A DNA stretch of 26,618 nt, taken from IMG/VR virus record IMGVR_UViG_2695420596_000006, positions 1 through 26,618 of that record. One strand, 5' to 3'. Shown one piece after another: positions 18,242 through 26,618 of this stretch. The DNA is from a virus. Lineage: Duplodnaviria > Heunggongvirae > Uroviricota > Caudoviricetes. The stretch's first letter is position 1. Each line of letters starts with the position of its first letter. The translations under genes were made by a program, and so were the position numbers. The notes below the pieces were generated by a model. That model was not told the DNA's origin, searched no databases, and saw only the letters and a program-made list of their open reading frames with translations.

Positions 18242-18261
18242 CTTCGCTTGTACAAGCGAAG
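18242..18261. repeat. Perfect 20-bp palindrome CTTCGCTTGTACAAGCGAAG
   Basis: Exact reverse-complement symmetry over 20 bp in a non-coding AT-rich stretch. Confidence 0.8.
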
Positions 18262-18640
18262 ATCCTATTGTTCTTGAATGAATAATGCCAATTATAAAAG
18301 AAGCAAGGGCTAACCCTACGAAGCCGCTGCGCTTGTTTCTTTGGGTTCCCCTTGCTTTTCTTCCCTTCGGTTAGAAAAGAAAATCCAGCCCAGTTTATCA
18401 ACTATCTACAGTATTCCCACTAAAGAGTAACCGCCACTTTATACTCCGTTTGTGAGCTGAGGCTACTGTAGCATTTTTGGGTTTAAATTTTCTATCATTA
18501 CCAGTTGTTGTGTCGGGATAAAAATATTTTCTCGCATCCAACCATAAAGATATCAGATTTGCTATCATCATCACTTCACATAATGAAACTTTTTAAGTAG
18601 GCCTAAAATACAAGGCCTACTTAATAGCCGGAGATAGTTA

Positions 18641-19546
18641 TTATTTAGATGCTAAAATAGTATTTTTATTGAATTTTTCATCAGCATCTGTAAGCTTTTT
18701 CATTATTAAAGCAGGGGCTATATCCTGAAGCTCCGTAGATTTTATGAAAAAATAATTACAAAGGTAAATTATATTATTAAGATTAATTGGTATATCAATA
18801 TTATAATCTAACATTAACGATAACAAACGATCTCTGTCAATTCTATAAAACTTTTTACCAAGCTCTTTCTCATTAATTATTGAAATTATCTTTTCATCAA
18901 GCTTATCGTCCATTCTCAATCTTAATTTATTTCTTAGCATAGCGGACCATGCGCTTGACTTATAATTTCTATATGCTAAATCCTCAAATAACTTCATTAT
19001 TCCCCAATCAGATGTTTCCAAAGAGGCGTAAATTCCATTCAGCGCGCGACTAAGGTCATTATGCTCAACCCAATCCTCTTTGCACTTATAGCGTAGATCA
19101 TGCTCAACTTCATGCCATCCTTCAGATAAAATAGTTCTAAATTGGACTTCAAAAGTAGTATCAATATAAGAATATTTCTTTAATAAGACACTATCATTTG
19201 ATAATACTTCTGGTAACTTAAAGACGTAATTGCATCGAGTTGCCGCAAAGAGATTAGCCGTGGTTTCGTCTACGGTTTTAGATTCAATTTCGAATAATTT
19301 CTCCAGTGTTTTTTGAGCAATAAATAAATCATCAGGAAAATATAATATTATCCTAACCCCAAATAAGTCTTGAATTTTTTTACCATCCTCTGAGTATTTA
19401 TTAGGCTCTTTTTCATATTTCTTAATTATTGAGCTTTCTGATTTTGTCCTCGAAAAAAAACGATAAAGTAATCCAATACGATTAAGTTCATCTTCTATAT
19501 CTTTTTGCAAACTTTGAATAATTCGCAATTCATTCCCGTTATACAT
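18641..19546 (-). CDS. RelA/SpoT-homologue (RSH) nucleotidyltransferase-fold protein, toxSAS-like (301 aa)
   Basis: Start ATG overlaps the upstream stop (ATGA); contains DLFGVRIILYFPDD and EVQFRTILSEGWHEVEHDLRYK, matching the synthetase-domain motifs D-x-x-G-x-R and E-x-Q-x-R-T...W-x-E...H-x-x-x-Y-K; C-terminal ~140 residues unassigned. Confidence 0.8.
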   Translation of the reverse strand: MYNGNELRIIQSLQKDIEDELNRIGLLYRFFSRTKSESSIIKKYEKEPNKYSEDGKKIQDLFGVRIILYFPDDLFIAQKTLEKLFEIESKTVDETTANLFAATRCNYVFKLPEVLSNDSVLLKKYSYIDTTFEVQFRTILSEGWHEVEHDLRYKCKEDWVEHNDLSRALNGIYASLETSDWGIMKLFEDLAYRNYKSSAWSAMLRNKLRLRMDDKLDEKIISIINEKELGKKFYRIDRDRLLSLMLDYNIDIPINLNNIIYLCNYFFIKSTELQDIAPALIMKKLTDADEKFNKNTILASK

Positions 19547-21651
19547 CAGAAATTCCTCCCAAGAATTGCTTTAATCTCTGATATTCTTGCCATGTTAAGT
19601 TCAAGGAACGAACGCTTGTCTGGCGTAAGTAAAAGACCGTCTTTCCTCAATTTATCTAAAGAATGGAGTATTTCACTTAACTGAAATTGATTGTTGTTAG
19701 AACATAAGCCTTTTATAGGCCGATGCTTATGATAGCTAACACTCCCTCTGGGACAGAACTTCTCTAAGATGTAAATATCACAATCTGTAATATCGTGATC
19801 ATTTTCACTGTTTATCTCGACAGATTTTTTATTAATAGCATCATTGTCACATTCACATCCCAAAAAATAAATATCTTCCCTACCACTTAATTCGTTAAAA
19901 CTACAATCTATAAAAGAACAGTTCACGAATGTAACGTTTTTATAATTACCACAGGTAAATATGCTGCTAAAAAACGAACAATCAACAAAGATAGTATCAT
20001 GTATTATATTTATATCGCCTAAAGAAAGTTTTGATATAGACAATTGCTCAACACTATCATTTTTTAAATCTAATGGAACTTTTCCTATAAGCAAATGACT
20101 ATAAAGGATTTTATCATTACCTGACATAAAATATAAAGCAAACTCTAAGCTATGCCAAAGTAATTCTTTTTCATCATCGATCCTCGGCATATAAGATTGC
20201 ACTGCTGGTTCTATAAAACGTTTATCACCAATCCATTCATTTGACTTATCATTAATAATATTTTCAGAAACAAAATTACCAAGAACAAATTCATTAACAA
20301 ATCCAATACCTTGGTTTTCTGAGCCTGACCGATCTAATAGAGCATGCGATGCTAATTTATTAACTAATTCGTCAGTAGTTGGTCTTTCATCTACAGTATA
20401 AAGCTTTCTTGTAGCCTCCAAGAGTTGTTGATTCTTTTCAGTTATGACTAACGATATATACTCTCTAGACTCAGATGTGTAGTTACCCTCGACCATGTCG
20501 TCAGCTATTATTTTTAGTATAGTATATTGATCTTCAATAGACATTAATAAATCTTGTCTTTTTCTTTCTCGCTCAAGCATTGAATCAAAATACTTCCTCA
20601 CTATAGTTGTTGGGTCGCTTATAACTTTATTAAAGTCGGTGTCGTCGATGCATCTTAGAAATGATAGCAGTACAGGGTTTGATAATTTGTTAAGAGGAAA
20701 TCCTGTCGATGAAATTTCATCTAAACGTTGACCTGGAAGCCAGTCTTCAATTTGTGGTTCATGAATTCTTATTCTTATCACATCAAAATCTTCTTGATGT
20801 GATGCTATCCACTGATGGAATTCATCTCCGTCAAATATAGCTGTTCTTCGAGTTGTCAAAACCACTTTTGCACTATCAGTTAGAAGCTCACTTATTGTTT
20901 CCAGCATTGGCTCTGTTTTTTCATAATTATTTTCAATTCCGTTTGTACTTTCATGCAATAGTTCATCAAACCCGTCAAGTATAACTGGTACATTTCCTGC
21001 TCTTATTTCATTCCTTACTAAGGCTGAGCTTAACAAAGGAAAACTTCTATCAATTTCATCTAATAGTACATACCTGAATATTTTTGCTTGCCTATTCCTT
21101 GATAGTTCTGAAAATAATGGTATTTTCCCTATATTGTTAACTATAATCTCCCTCAATAATTCATACGCCGTGCAAGTCTTTCCAAAACCGGCTGCAGCCT
21201 CAATCAAAAACAGAATTGGACGCCTATGTTGTATTCTCTCTAATATTTCCGTAACAACATTAGCTTCGCCAATAACACCATTTAAGTAATATTTTGAATT
21301 TATGTAGGAATAAGTTGCAGTAGGTGAGTGAATTTTTACAATTGAATCTGTGAAAGTATTATAATCTTTAATCAACCTTTCTTTAGTTGAATCGACGCTA
21401 AAGAAGCCATTAAATAATTCCTTATGTGCTTCTTCATAAGACTGATATTTTTTAATTTGACATGCATAACCTAACTGCCTATATTCTTCAAAGGTTTGAT
21501 TTACATTAACCTCATTATTTAGTGGAAGTATGTCCGCGTTATGGTAGTGCCCTGTTTTAATAGAATATACAGCAATACTTTCGTTACCTGTATTTTCTTC
21601 AGTAAAACCAAACCTTTTATATATCTCTGTAAGTTTGCTTTTTCGTAACAT
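19546..21651 (-). CDS. NACHT-type STAND NTPase with C-terminal pentapeptide-like repeats (about 701 aa)
   Basis: Start at ATG preceded by AGGAGG (ORF track adds 3 codons from a GTG); Walker A LIEAAAGFGKT and Walker B VPVILDGFDELLHE (h-h-h-h-D-G-h-D-E, NACHT-typical); C-terminal FVDCS/FFSSI/FTCGN/YKNVT/FVNCS/FIDCS/FNELS five-residue periodicity; N-terminal ~130 aa unassigned. Confidence 0.8.
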   Translation of the reverse strand: MLRKSKLTEIYKRFGFTEENTGNESIAVYSIKTGHYHNADILPLNNEVNVNQTFEEYRQLGYACQIKKYQSYEEAHKELFNGFFSVDSTKERLIKDYNTFTDSIVKIHSPTATYSYINSKYYLNGVIGEANVVTEILERIQHRRPILFLIEAAAGFGKTCTAYELLREIIVNNIGKIPLFSELSRNRQAKIFRYVLLDEIDRSFPLLSSALVRNEIRAGNVPVILDGFDELLHESTNGIENNYEKTEPMLETISELLTDSAKVVLTTRRTAIFDGDEFHQWIASHQEDFDVIRIRIHEPQIEDWLPGQRLDEISSTGFPLNKLSNPVLLSFLRCIDDTDFNKVISDPTTIVRKYFDSMLERERKRQDLLMSIEDQYTILKIIADDMVEGNYTSESREYISLVITEKNQQLLEATRKLYTVDERPTTDELVNKLASHALLDRSGSENQGIGFVNEFVLGNFVSENIINDKSNEWIGDKRFIEPAVQSYMPRIDDEKELLWHSLEFALYFMSGNDKILYSHLLIGKVPLDLKNDSVEQLSISKLSLGDINIIHDTIFVDCSFFSSIFTCGNYKNVTFVNCSFIDCSFNELSGREDIYFLGCECDNDAINKKSVEINSENDHDITDCDIYILEKFCPRGSVSYHKHRPIKGLCSNNNQFQLSEILHSLDKLRKDGLLLTPDKRSFLELNMARISEIKAILGRNF

Positions 21652-21770
21652 TAAACTCACCTCCTGATATTTTTCGCAATGATGCTATAGTCGCTGTATG
21701 AACTTTTAATATAATATTACAAAAACCATCTACATAGCTACCGCCTAAGCAATAATAGCTATGTAGAGAT
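21652..21770 (-). promoter_or_regulatory. Putative promoter/operator of the NACHT-RSH operon
   Basis: AT-rich upstream region; perfect 11-bp inverted repeat CTACATAGCTA-N15-TAGCTATGTAG at 21730..21766. Confidence 0.35.
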
Positions 21771-22526
21771 TATCTGTAAGAGAACAGTTCAACGGTTACG
21801 TGCACGTTATGACATCGTTCTAACTTCATGGGGTGCTCAGTAACAGAACTTTTAAGCCATTCTTGCTCGCTGAACATGCAGTCATACCTATCACAAGCAG
21901 TACAACCATTACTTAGCAGACCTCTGCTTCTTGTTCCAAAAGGAACGTAAACCAGATGTTAGAGTTAACAAAACTGAAAGCCACTGCCCCCCAAATCTCC
22001 AAGTCAAACATTAGAGACTTTAAGTGAGCTCAGCCCAGATTATGCATTCTAATCAATTTCCAAATAATCAATCGGGCTAAGCCGTGGTGGTCATCGCGCC
22101 AATCCCCATAATGAAGGATACATCTTGGCTGTATCATCTTCCTTACAGCTGCGTTTCAACATGTGCTGAACAACACTCAAGTTAATGTAAATGAGCCAGT
22201 GAATACAACATCTGTTTCAAATCACTTTGAAGTTTTCTTCACTTAATGTGTACGCCAAAATTATCCGGATAAACATAGAGTAACGGTCGACCGGGATTAC
22301 AATCAACCAGTTTCATCTCTAGTAAGCGATATTCTTATGGCGGCAGCGGAATGTTCTGACAACCCCACTGAGGCGGTGCTACAGAATCTTATCGAAGCCA
22401 AACATCAGCTACGTTTCCCTAGATGTTAAAATCAGTAGTCGCAGGGCCAATGCTAATGATCCACACATTGACCGTGAAGGGGCCTTTCAGGTGGGTACGA
22501 CTGCATTCCAAGTGACCACCGCACCT

Positions 22527-22763
22527 ATGGAGAAATTGATTTCACACTGTATCAAAATCAAACGCGCAGGCTACAGGCCGGTCATCCTAACTCTTGAAAG
22601 CAAGGTCATTGCAGCACGCCAGCTGGCTGATAACGTTGGTATGTCTGAACTGATAGCCATCCAGGCAGCTGAAACTTTCATTGGTAACAATATTGAAGAG
22701 ATTGCTATTTATGACGGCGATAAAATCCGTGAGAGTCTCGCAAGATTGATACATCTCTTATGA
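22527..22763 (+). CDS. Hypothetical small protein, possibly a gene remnant (start uncertain; frame opens at 22440)
   Basis: Only open frame in about 1 kb; followed by a hairpin plus T-run; no motif assigned. Confidence 0.3.
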   Translation: MEKLISHCIKIKRAGYRPVILTLESKVIAARQLADNVGMSELIAIQAAETFIGNNIEEIAIYDGDKIRESLARLIHLL

Positions 22764-22781
22764 TTGATGAGCCTCTTGGAT

Positions 22782-22846
22782 CGTTAACTTACTGACCGAC
22801 TCCTGAAATACATAGAGCTCAGTAAGCTTAACGAGTCGCTTTTTTC
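22782..22846 (+). terminator. Putative terminator (long imperfect hairpin plus T-run)
   Basis: CGTTAACTTACTGA ... TCAGTAAGCTTAACG arms followed by CTTTTTTCC. Confidence 0.45.
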
Positions 22847-23039
22847 CACCATACCTAAGCCCCAAAACTAAAGCACTACGGCTTGATTGGGCTGGCGTAA
22901 GTCTGCACACCGAGCCTTTTGCACTATAAATTTCTCAGAATATATAACCAATATGTCAGTAAAGGTTTAAAGTGAATGATTCGTTTTGGCAGGATACTTA
23001 CGATTATCACAACACTATCACATATTGTGTCTCACACAC

Positions 23040-23344
23040 AAAGTTGAAAATCAAAACAGAAGTAAAAGATATAATATTCCCCTGCTAAAATACGATTCAC
23101 TTCAAACATTTAATATTAATGGGATATATTTCCCCCTAAGCAATGGGGAAAAACGCCCATCAATCAACCATGAAATAAAAATAGCACTTTTTGCAAACTA
23201 TGAATTTATTTATATAAAACATCACATTAAATTAGTTTATTCAAAAGAAAACGCTTGCTTATTTTTTATTATTAAAAATAAATTTGATTTTTATTTATTT
23301 GATAATATACATTCATTTCATCAAAATAATAAAGGAGAATAAAA
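23040..23344 (+). promoter_or_regulatory. Extremely AT-rich upstream region of the ankyrin operon
   Basis: About 300 bp dominated by A/T runs ending in the RBS AAAGGAGAA; the ORF predicted here (22986..23342) is low-complexity. Confidence 0.35.
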
Positions 23345-23785
23345 ATGAAAAAACAAAACTATTCAACCCTGACAAGTTACCTATCTAAAACAAAAAAGAA
23401 TACAGATCTCTACCGTCTGTATAACCCTCACTTTTCAATATTCTGTAAAAATAGCATTGAAGATCATGTTTTTTATCTTAATTATTTTTCCAGACATATG
23501 GTGACGGAAAGAAATATTCTGACCATATTTGCTATCCATACCTTTTTCTCTTATAGCATGGAAAAAAAAGACACCATAAAAGCTTTTACCCGTTTTCTTA
23601 AAGAGGAGAATCACGATACTTTCTATCAGTCATTTTCTTTTCGTGGCTGCAATATCATTTACACAAACAAAAAAGGCGAAGTGAAAGAGATCTCATGGTT
23701 TTCTTTTTCACGGATCTATGACGAGATCATTAAGATAAAAGAATATGAATACAACAATAATACCTGGCACAAAACGACCGCTTAA
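23345..23785 (+). CDS. Hypothetical protein (146 aa), first gene of ankyrin operon
   Basis: ATG preceded by AAAGGAG; no motif assigned; AT-rich. Confidence 0.6.
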   Translation: MKKQNYSTLTSYLSKTKKNTDLYRLYNPHFSIFCKNSIEDHVFYLNYFSRHMVTERNILTIFAIHTFFSYSMEKKDTIKAFTRFLKEENHDTFYQSFSFRGCNIIYTNKKGEVKEISWFSFSRIYDEIIKIKEYEYNNNTWHKTTA

Positions 23786-23799
23786 AAAGGAGAACGCCC

Positions 23800-24753
23800 A
23801 TGAGTAACTATACAGAAGATAATTTATTTGACAGCAAAACTAAAAAAGACGTCCAGAATTGCATTGCTGCAGGCATTGACATTAACACACTTAATGAACA
23901 CGGTGAAAACGCCCTTTTCGGTTGCGACAGTATCGGGGCTTTAAAAGCCATGATTGAAGCAGGCATAGCGCTGAACCATACAGATTGTTATGGTAATAAT
24001 GCCCTGTTTAGCAGAAAAAGCCCACGTGCAGTGAGGCTATTGATAAAGTCAGGTATTAACGTTCACCACAAAAATAATAAAGGCCAGTCCTGTCTTCACT
24101 GGCAGCGCTACGCCATAGATTGTGCGGAACTCCTCATAAACGCGGGCATTGATATCCACAGCACAGATAACGAAGGACAAACGCTTCTTTATGACCTCCT
24201 CGATCATGACGTCTTTGATTACTGGGTAAATAAAGGGTGTGACATAAACCACAGAGATTATGGTGGCAAAGCGGTGCTGGATCTTCCGACTGACAACGAG
24301 TGGTGGATATATGATTTCAGTATTAATGCCCTCAAACGCCATGTTGATAGAATAGACAGCACGCCAGTATTATTTAAACATGTTTCAACTGAGGCTTTGC
24401 CTCTAATTGCTTTGCTTCATGAAAAAGGGCGTAATATCCTTATCGCTGAACACTGTTCCTTCGCATTATATGTCAAAAACATGAAGTACTTCTTTACCTC
24501 ACTGAAAAAATATACCGATATCAGTCATGTTCAGTTTTATAATTGTTATCATGATAAACATATTGGTATCTACACCGGCATAGAAAGTGTGAAATGGTTT
24601 ATTCGAAATGGTATCCGAATGGACGACGATATACTCAGACAGCGTTCTGACTCCGATAAGATTTTTTCTTATATCGCAGCAAGAGAGAAAAAAGACCTGT
24701 TAAAAGAAATGAAGCCAGAGATCCCCCGTTCATCTGTACGAAAAAGACTCTAA
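23800..24753 (+). CDS. Ankyrin-repeat protein (317 aa)
   Basis: ATG preceded by AAGGAG 14 nt after the previous stop; about four ankyrin-like repeats (GENALFGCDSIGALKAMIEAGIALNHTDCYGNNALF...LLIKSGINVHHKNNKGQSCLHW...LLINAGIDIHSTDNEGQTLLYD...); C-terminal ~150 aa unassigned. Confidence 0.75.
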   Translation: MSNYTEDNLFDSKTKKDVQNCIAAGIDINTLNEHGENALFGCDSIGALKAMIEAGIALNHTDCYGNNALFSRKSPRAVRLLIKSGINVHHKNNKGQSCLHWQRYAIDCAELLINAGIDIHSTDNEGQTLLYDLLDHDVFDYWVNKGCDINHRDYGGKAVLDLPTDNEWWIYDFSINALKRHVDRIDSTPVLFKHVSTEALPLIALLHEKGRNILIAEHCSFALYVKNMKYFFTSLKKYTDISHVQFYNCYHDKHIGIYTGIESVKWFIRNGIRMDDDILRQRSDSDKIFSYIAAREKKDLLKEMKPEIPRSSVRKRL

Positions 24754-24827
24754 AACTCTGGAGTAAACAACCCTTTTCTTAGTCTGCAAGGATTCATTTA
24801 ATGACCATTAATCTGATATGTCCTCGT

Positions 24828-24855
24828 GGGTATACTATTTGTCAAATGGTATACC
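24828..24855. promoter_or_regulatory. Candidate oriT-associated inverted repeat upstream of mobC
   Basis: GGTATAC-N13-GTATACC inverted repeat about 100 bp upstream of the MobC-like start. Confidence 0.25.
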
Positions 24856-24954
24856 TTTTTTAATCCAGATAATTAAATTATTTATCCCGTAACAACTTGA
24901 CTTATTCATTTCATCGGTTATCTGTAGTAATAAACATGAAATAAAAGGATAACT

Positions 24955-25362
24955 ATGAACAGTGACATGAGTAATGATGATGATATAACCAGAGTATCAA
25001 AACGCGGTAAATTCCATACTGACAAATTTCCTGAGAATGAAATACGACATCACTGCATCAGTGTCAGATTAAATGAAGAAGAATTAATTATTCTCGACAG
25101 TAAAAGAGGTCAGTATAAAAAAGGAGAATGGCTCAGGATGGCTTCCCTGAATAAACTCCCGCCGGTTCTGCCAGAAATCAATCGTGAAGCATGGATAAAA
25201 CTTGGCAGCCTTTCACAGGATTTAAACTACCTGTTGAGTCATCTCGACAGCAAAAGCCCTGACAGCGAACTGACCCGTACAGAACTCTTCGCCCTGCGCA
25301 GACAAATCAAAACTCTCAGGGATCACCTTATTCCCTCAACATTTCTGGAGTCAGACCCATGA
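24955..25362 (+). CDS. mobC: MobC-type mobilisation accessory protein
   Basis: 135-aa ORF with AAGGA RBS; central SVRLNEEELIILDSKRGQ segment resembles the MobC/MbeC pattern (S-V/I-R-L-T/N-x-E-E); directly upstream of and overlapping a relaxase gene. Confidence 0.65.
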   Translation: MNSDMSNDDDITRVSKRGKFHTDKFPENEIRHHCISVRLNEEELIILDSKRGQYKKGEWLRMASLNKLPPVLPEINREAWIKLGSLSQDLNYLLSHLDSKSPDSELTRTELFALRRQIKTLRDHLIPSTFLESDP

Positions 25363-26618
25363 AAGGCATGCAGAAAATAAAAAGGGGTAAACAATTCACA
25401 GGTGTGGTTATTTATAGCCTGAAGTCAGGTTCTCACCACAAAATCACGCCTTATGTCATCGGTGGCAACATGACGGGTAGCACTGCTGCTGAGCTTATAA
25501 GTGAATTTGAAGGCACCCGACTGCTGCGTCCCGATGTCGCCAAACCTGTCTGGCATAATTCACTTCACCTGCCAAAGGGTGAGAAACTGTCAAACAGACA
25601 GTGGGCAGCATTCGCTGACGATTATATGGCCCGAATGGGCTTCACTGACACCCATCTTCGCTGCTATATCATGCACGATGATCCGGATGGGCAGCATATT
25701 CATATCATTGCAAGTCGTATTAACATGGTCGGTGGAAAACTGTACCTGGGGAAAAATGAAAATCTTATCGGCACACGGATTATCAGTGAGCTGGAGAGAG
25801 TACACGGCCTCACCGAAACTACGGGTGTAACCGGCAGTAGCCGCCAGGATAAAAGGAAGCCTTCCCGTAATGAACTGATGATGGCAGAACGCACAGCAGC
25901 TCCCTGCCCTAAGTCACTGTTGCAGGCCCTGCTCGACAATGCATTAACACACCATCCCGATTTACTAACCTTTGTTCGCTTACTGGAACAGGAAGGAGTG
26001 ACCTGCAAACCCAATATCGCCACTACGGGTAAAATGAGTGGATTTTCATTTCAATACCAGGGTATTGCCTTTAAAGCATCTCAGTTGGGTAAAAAATATG
26101 GCTGGTCTTCCCTGCAAGCACTGATTGATTTTACGCCTGAGCATCTGAGTTTACTGAAAGAAGCCCAGAGGCCAATAGAACCTACAACCGCGCCAGTGCC
26201 AGTGCCAGTGCCAGTGCCAGTGCCAGTGCCAGTGCCAGTGCCAGTGCCAGTGCCAGTGCCATCATGCGAGTCTGAAGAGCAGGCTGCAAACCGGGAAACG
26301 ATTCTGGAGAAAATCCATCAGCTTGAAGAAAAAATTCGTCTGGAAAGACAACAGGAGACAGTGGGTATCATCCAGCTCAGGAGCAATCTGCACAATACAG
26401 CTCGTCAGATACCCCGCCAGCGTCGTCTGTATTCATGGCTTGTATTGCTCGTCCATATTGTGGCACTTCTCAGGCGCAGAGGCATGTCTCTGTTACATGC
26501 CACTGCACATCCTTTCCACCAAATCCTCCACCTACATATTCTGACACCCTGTCATCCCATGACAACAAATACCAATAAAGAACAATCATTTAAAAACAAC
26601 AACCATCCTGCACCATAA
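25359..26618 (+). CDS. mobA: MobA/MobL-family relaxase with internal (PV)11 linker
   Basis: Start overlaps the mobC stop (ATGA); N-terminal relaxase motifs WHNSLHLP and histidine cluster HDDPDGQHIHIIASRIN; in-frame PVPVPV... linker; stop codon is the last triplet of the window. Confidence 0.75.
   Translation: MKGMQKIKRGKQFTGVVIYSLKSGSHHKITPYVIGGNMTGSTAAELISEFEGTRLLRPDVAKPVWHNSLHLPKGEKLSNRQWAAFADDYMARMGFTDTHLRCYIMHDDPDGQHIHIIASRINMVGGKLYLGKNENLIGTRIISELERVHGLTETTGVTGSSRQDKRKPSRNELMMAERTAAPCPKSLLQALLDNALTHHPDLLTFVRLLEQEGVTCKPNIATTGKMSGFSFQYQGIAFKASQLGKKYGWSSLQALIDFTPEHLSLLKEAQRPIEPTTAPVPVPVPVPVPVPVPVPVPVPVPSCESEEQAANRETILEKIHQLEEKIRLERQQETVGIIQLRSNLHNTARQIPRQRRLYSWLVLLVHIVALLRRRGMSLLHATAHPFHQILHLHILTPCHPMTTNTNKEQSFKNNNHPAP
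26193..26261 (+). repeat. Hexanucleotide tandem repeat (CCAGTG) x 11.5 inside the relaxase gene
   Basis: Eleven perfect CCAGTG units plus CCA, in frame, encoding (Pro-Val)11-Pro. Confidence 0.95.

Larger units (their letters stand above)
12575..26618. mobile_element. Second ssrA-associated island with P4-type integrase and mobilisation module (integrative mobilisable element; distal end outside window)
   Basis: P4-family integrase immediately after the att core; AT-rich cargo genes; MobC plus MobA-type relaxase at the window end. Confidence 0.7.

Noticed and set aside
17741-18401. Small ORFs 17741..17962 (plus) and 18174..18401 (minus)
   Set aside because: They lie in an AT-rich non-coding tract without RBS; the second overlaps the palindrome and the compound hairpin, which are better explained as DNA/RNA elements.
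22986-23342. 118-aa ORF upstream of the ankyrin operon
   Set aside because: Translation is low-complexity (Ile/Asn/Lys/Phe/Tyr-rich) from extreme AT content and covers the promoter/RBS region of the next gene.
24049-24342. Minus-strand ORF inside the ankyrin-repeat gene
   Set aside because: Antisense shadow of a gene with clear repeat motifs.
26193-26261. Possible CRISPR array
   Set aside because: The only regular repeat in the window is a contiguous 6-nt microsatellite with no spacers, inside a coding frame; no direct repeats of 24-48 bp separated by unique spacers were seen.
25501-26544. ORFs 25501..25830, 25590..25805, 25700..26023, 26323..26544 within the relaxase gene
   Set aside because: Alternative frames or antisense to the relaxase ORF that carries the catalytic motifs. 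26323..26544 would matter only if a frameshift after the PV linker is demonstrated.

Overview
The window opens with an E. coli-type smpB gene and the tmRNA gene ssrA, followed by two tandem integrated elements. All calls are from reading the sequence and ORF translations by eye; no database search was run. A 45-bp copy of the ssrA 3' end recurs at 12530..12574, so 1061..12529 is bracketed by direct repeats. That interval is a degraded P2/186-family (Fels-2-like) prophage: Ogr, a truncated tail protein D fused head-to-head to a truncated portal Q (structural genes deleted), then DinI, Dam, TraR-type zinc finger, CII, Apl, CI and a P2-type integrase. It carries three cargo loci of unknown function: a three-gene operon at the portal-proximal junction (2926..5241), a membrane-protein gene co-transcribed with cI-int (11382..12413), and a WYL-like/BRCT gene at the ssrA junction (1184..1666). 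From 12575 to the window end lies a second island with a P4-type integrase, whose far end is not in the window. Its visibly AT-rich cargo includes a large serine recombinase with two tandem ParB-like genes, a NACHT NTPase translationally coupled to a RelA/SpoT-like nucleotidyltransferase, an ankyrin-repeat operon, and a MobC-relaxase module containing an in-frame (CCAGTG)11 repeat. The strongest candidates for an undescribed system are the NACHT/RelA-SpoT pair and the three-gene prophage cargo operon. No CRISPR array, rRNA or tRNA gene was found.
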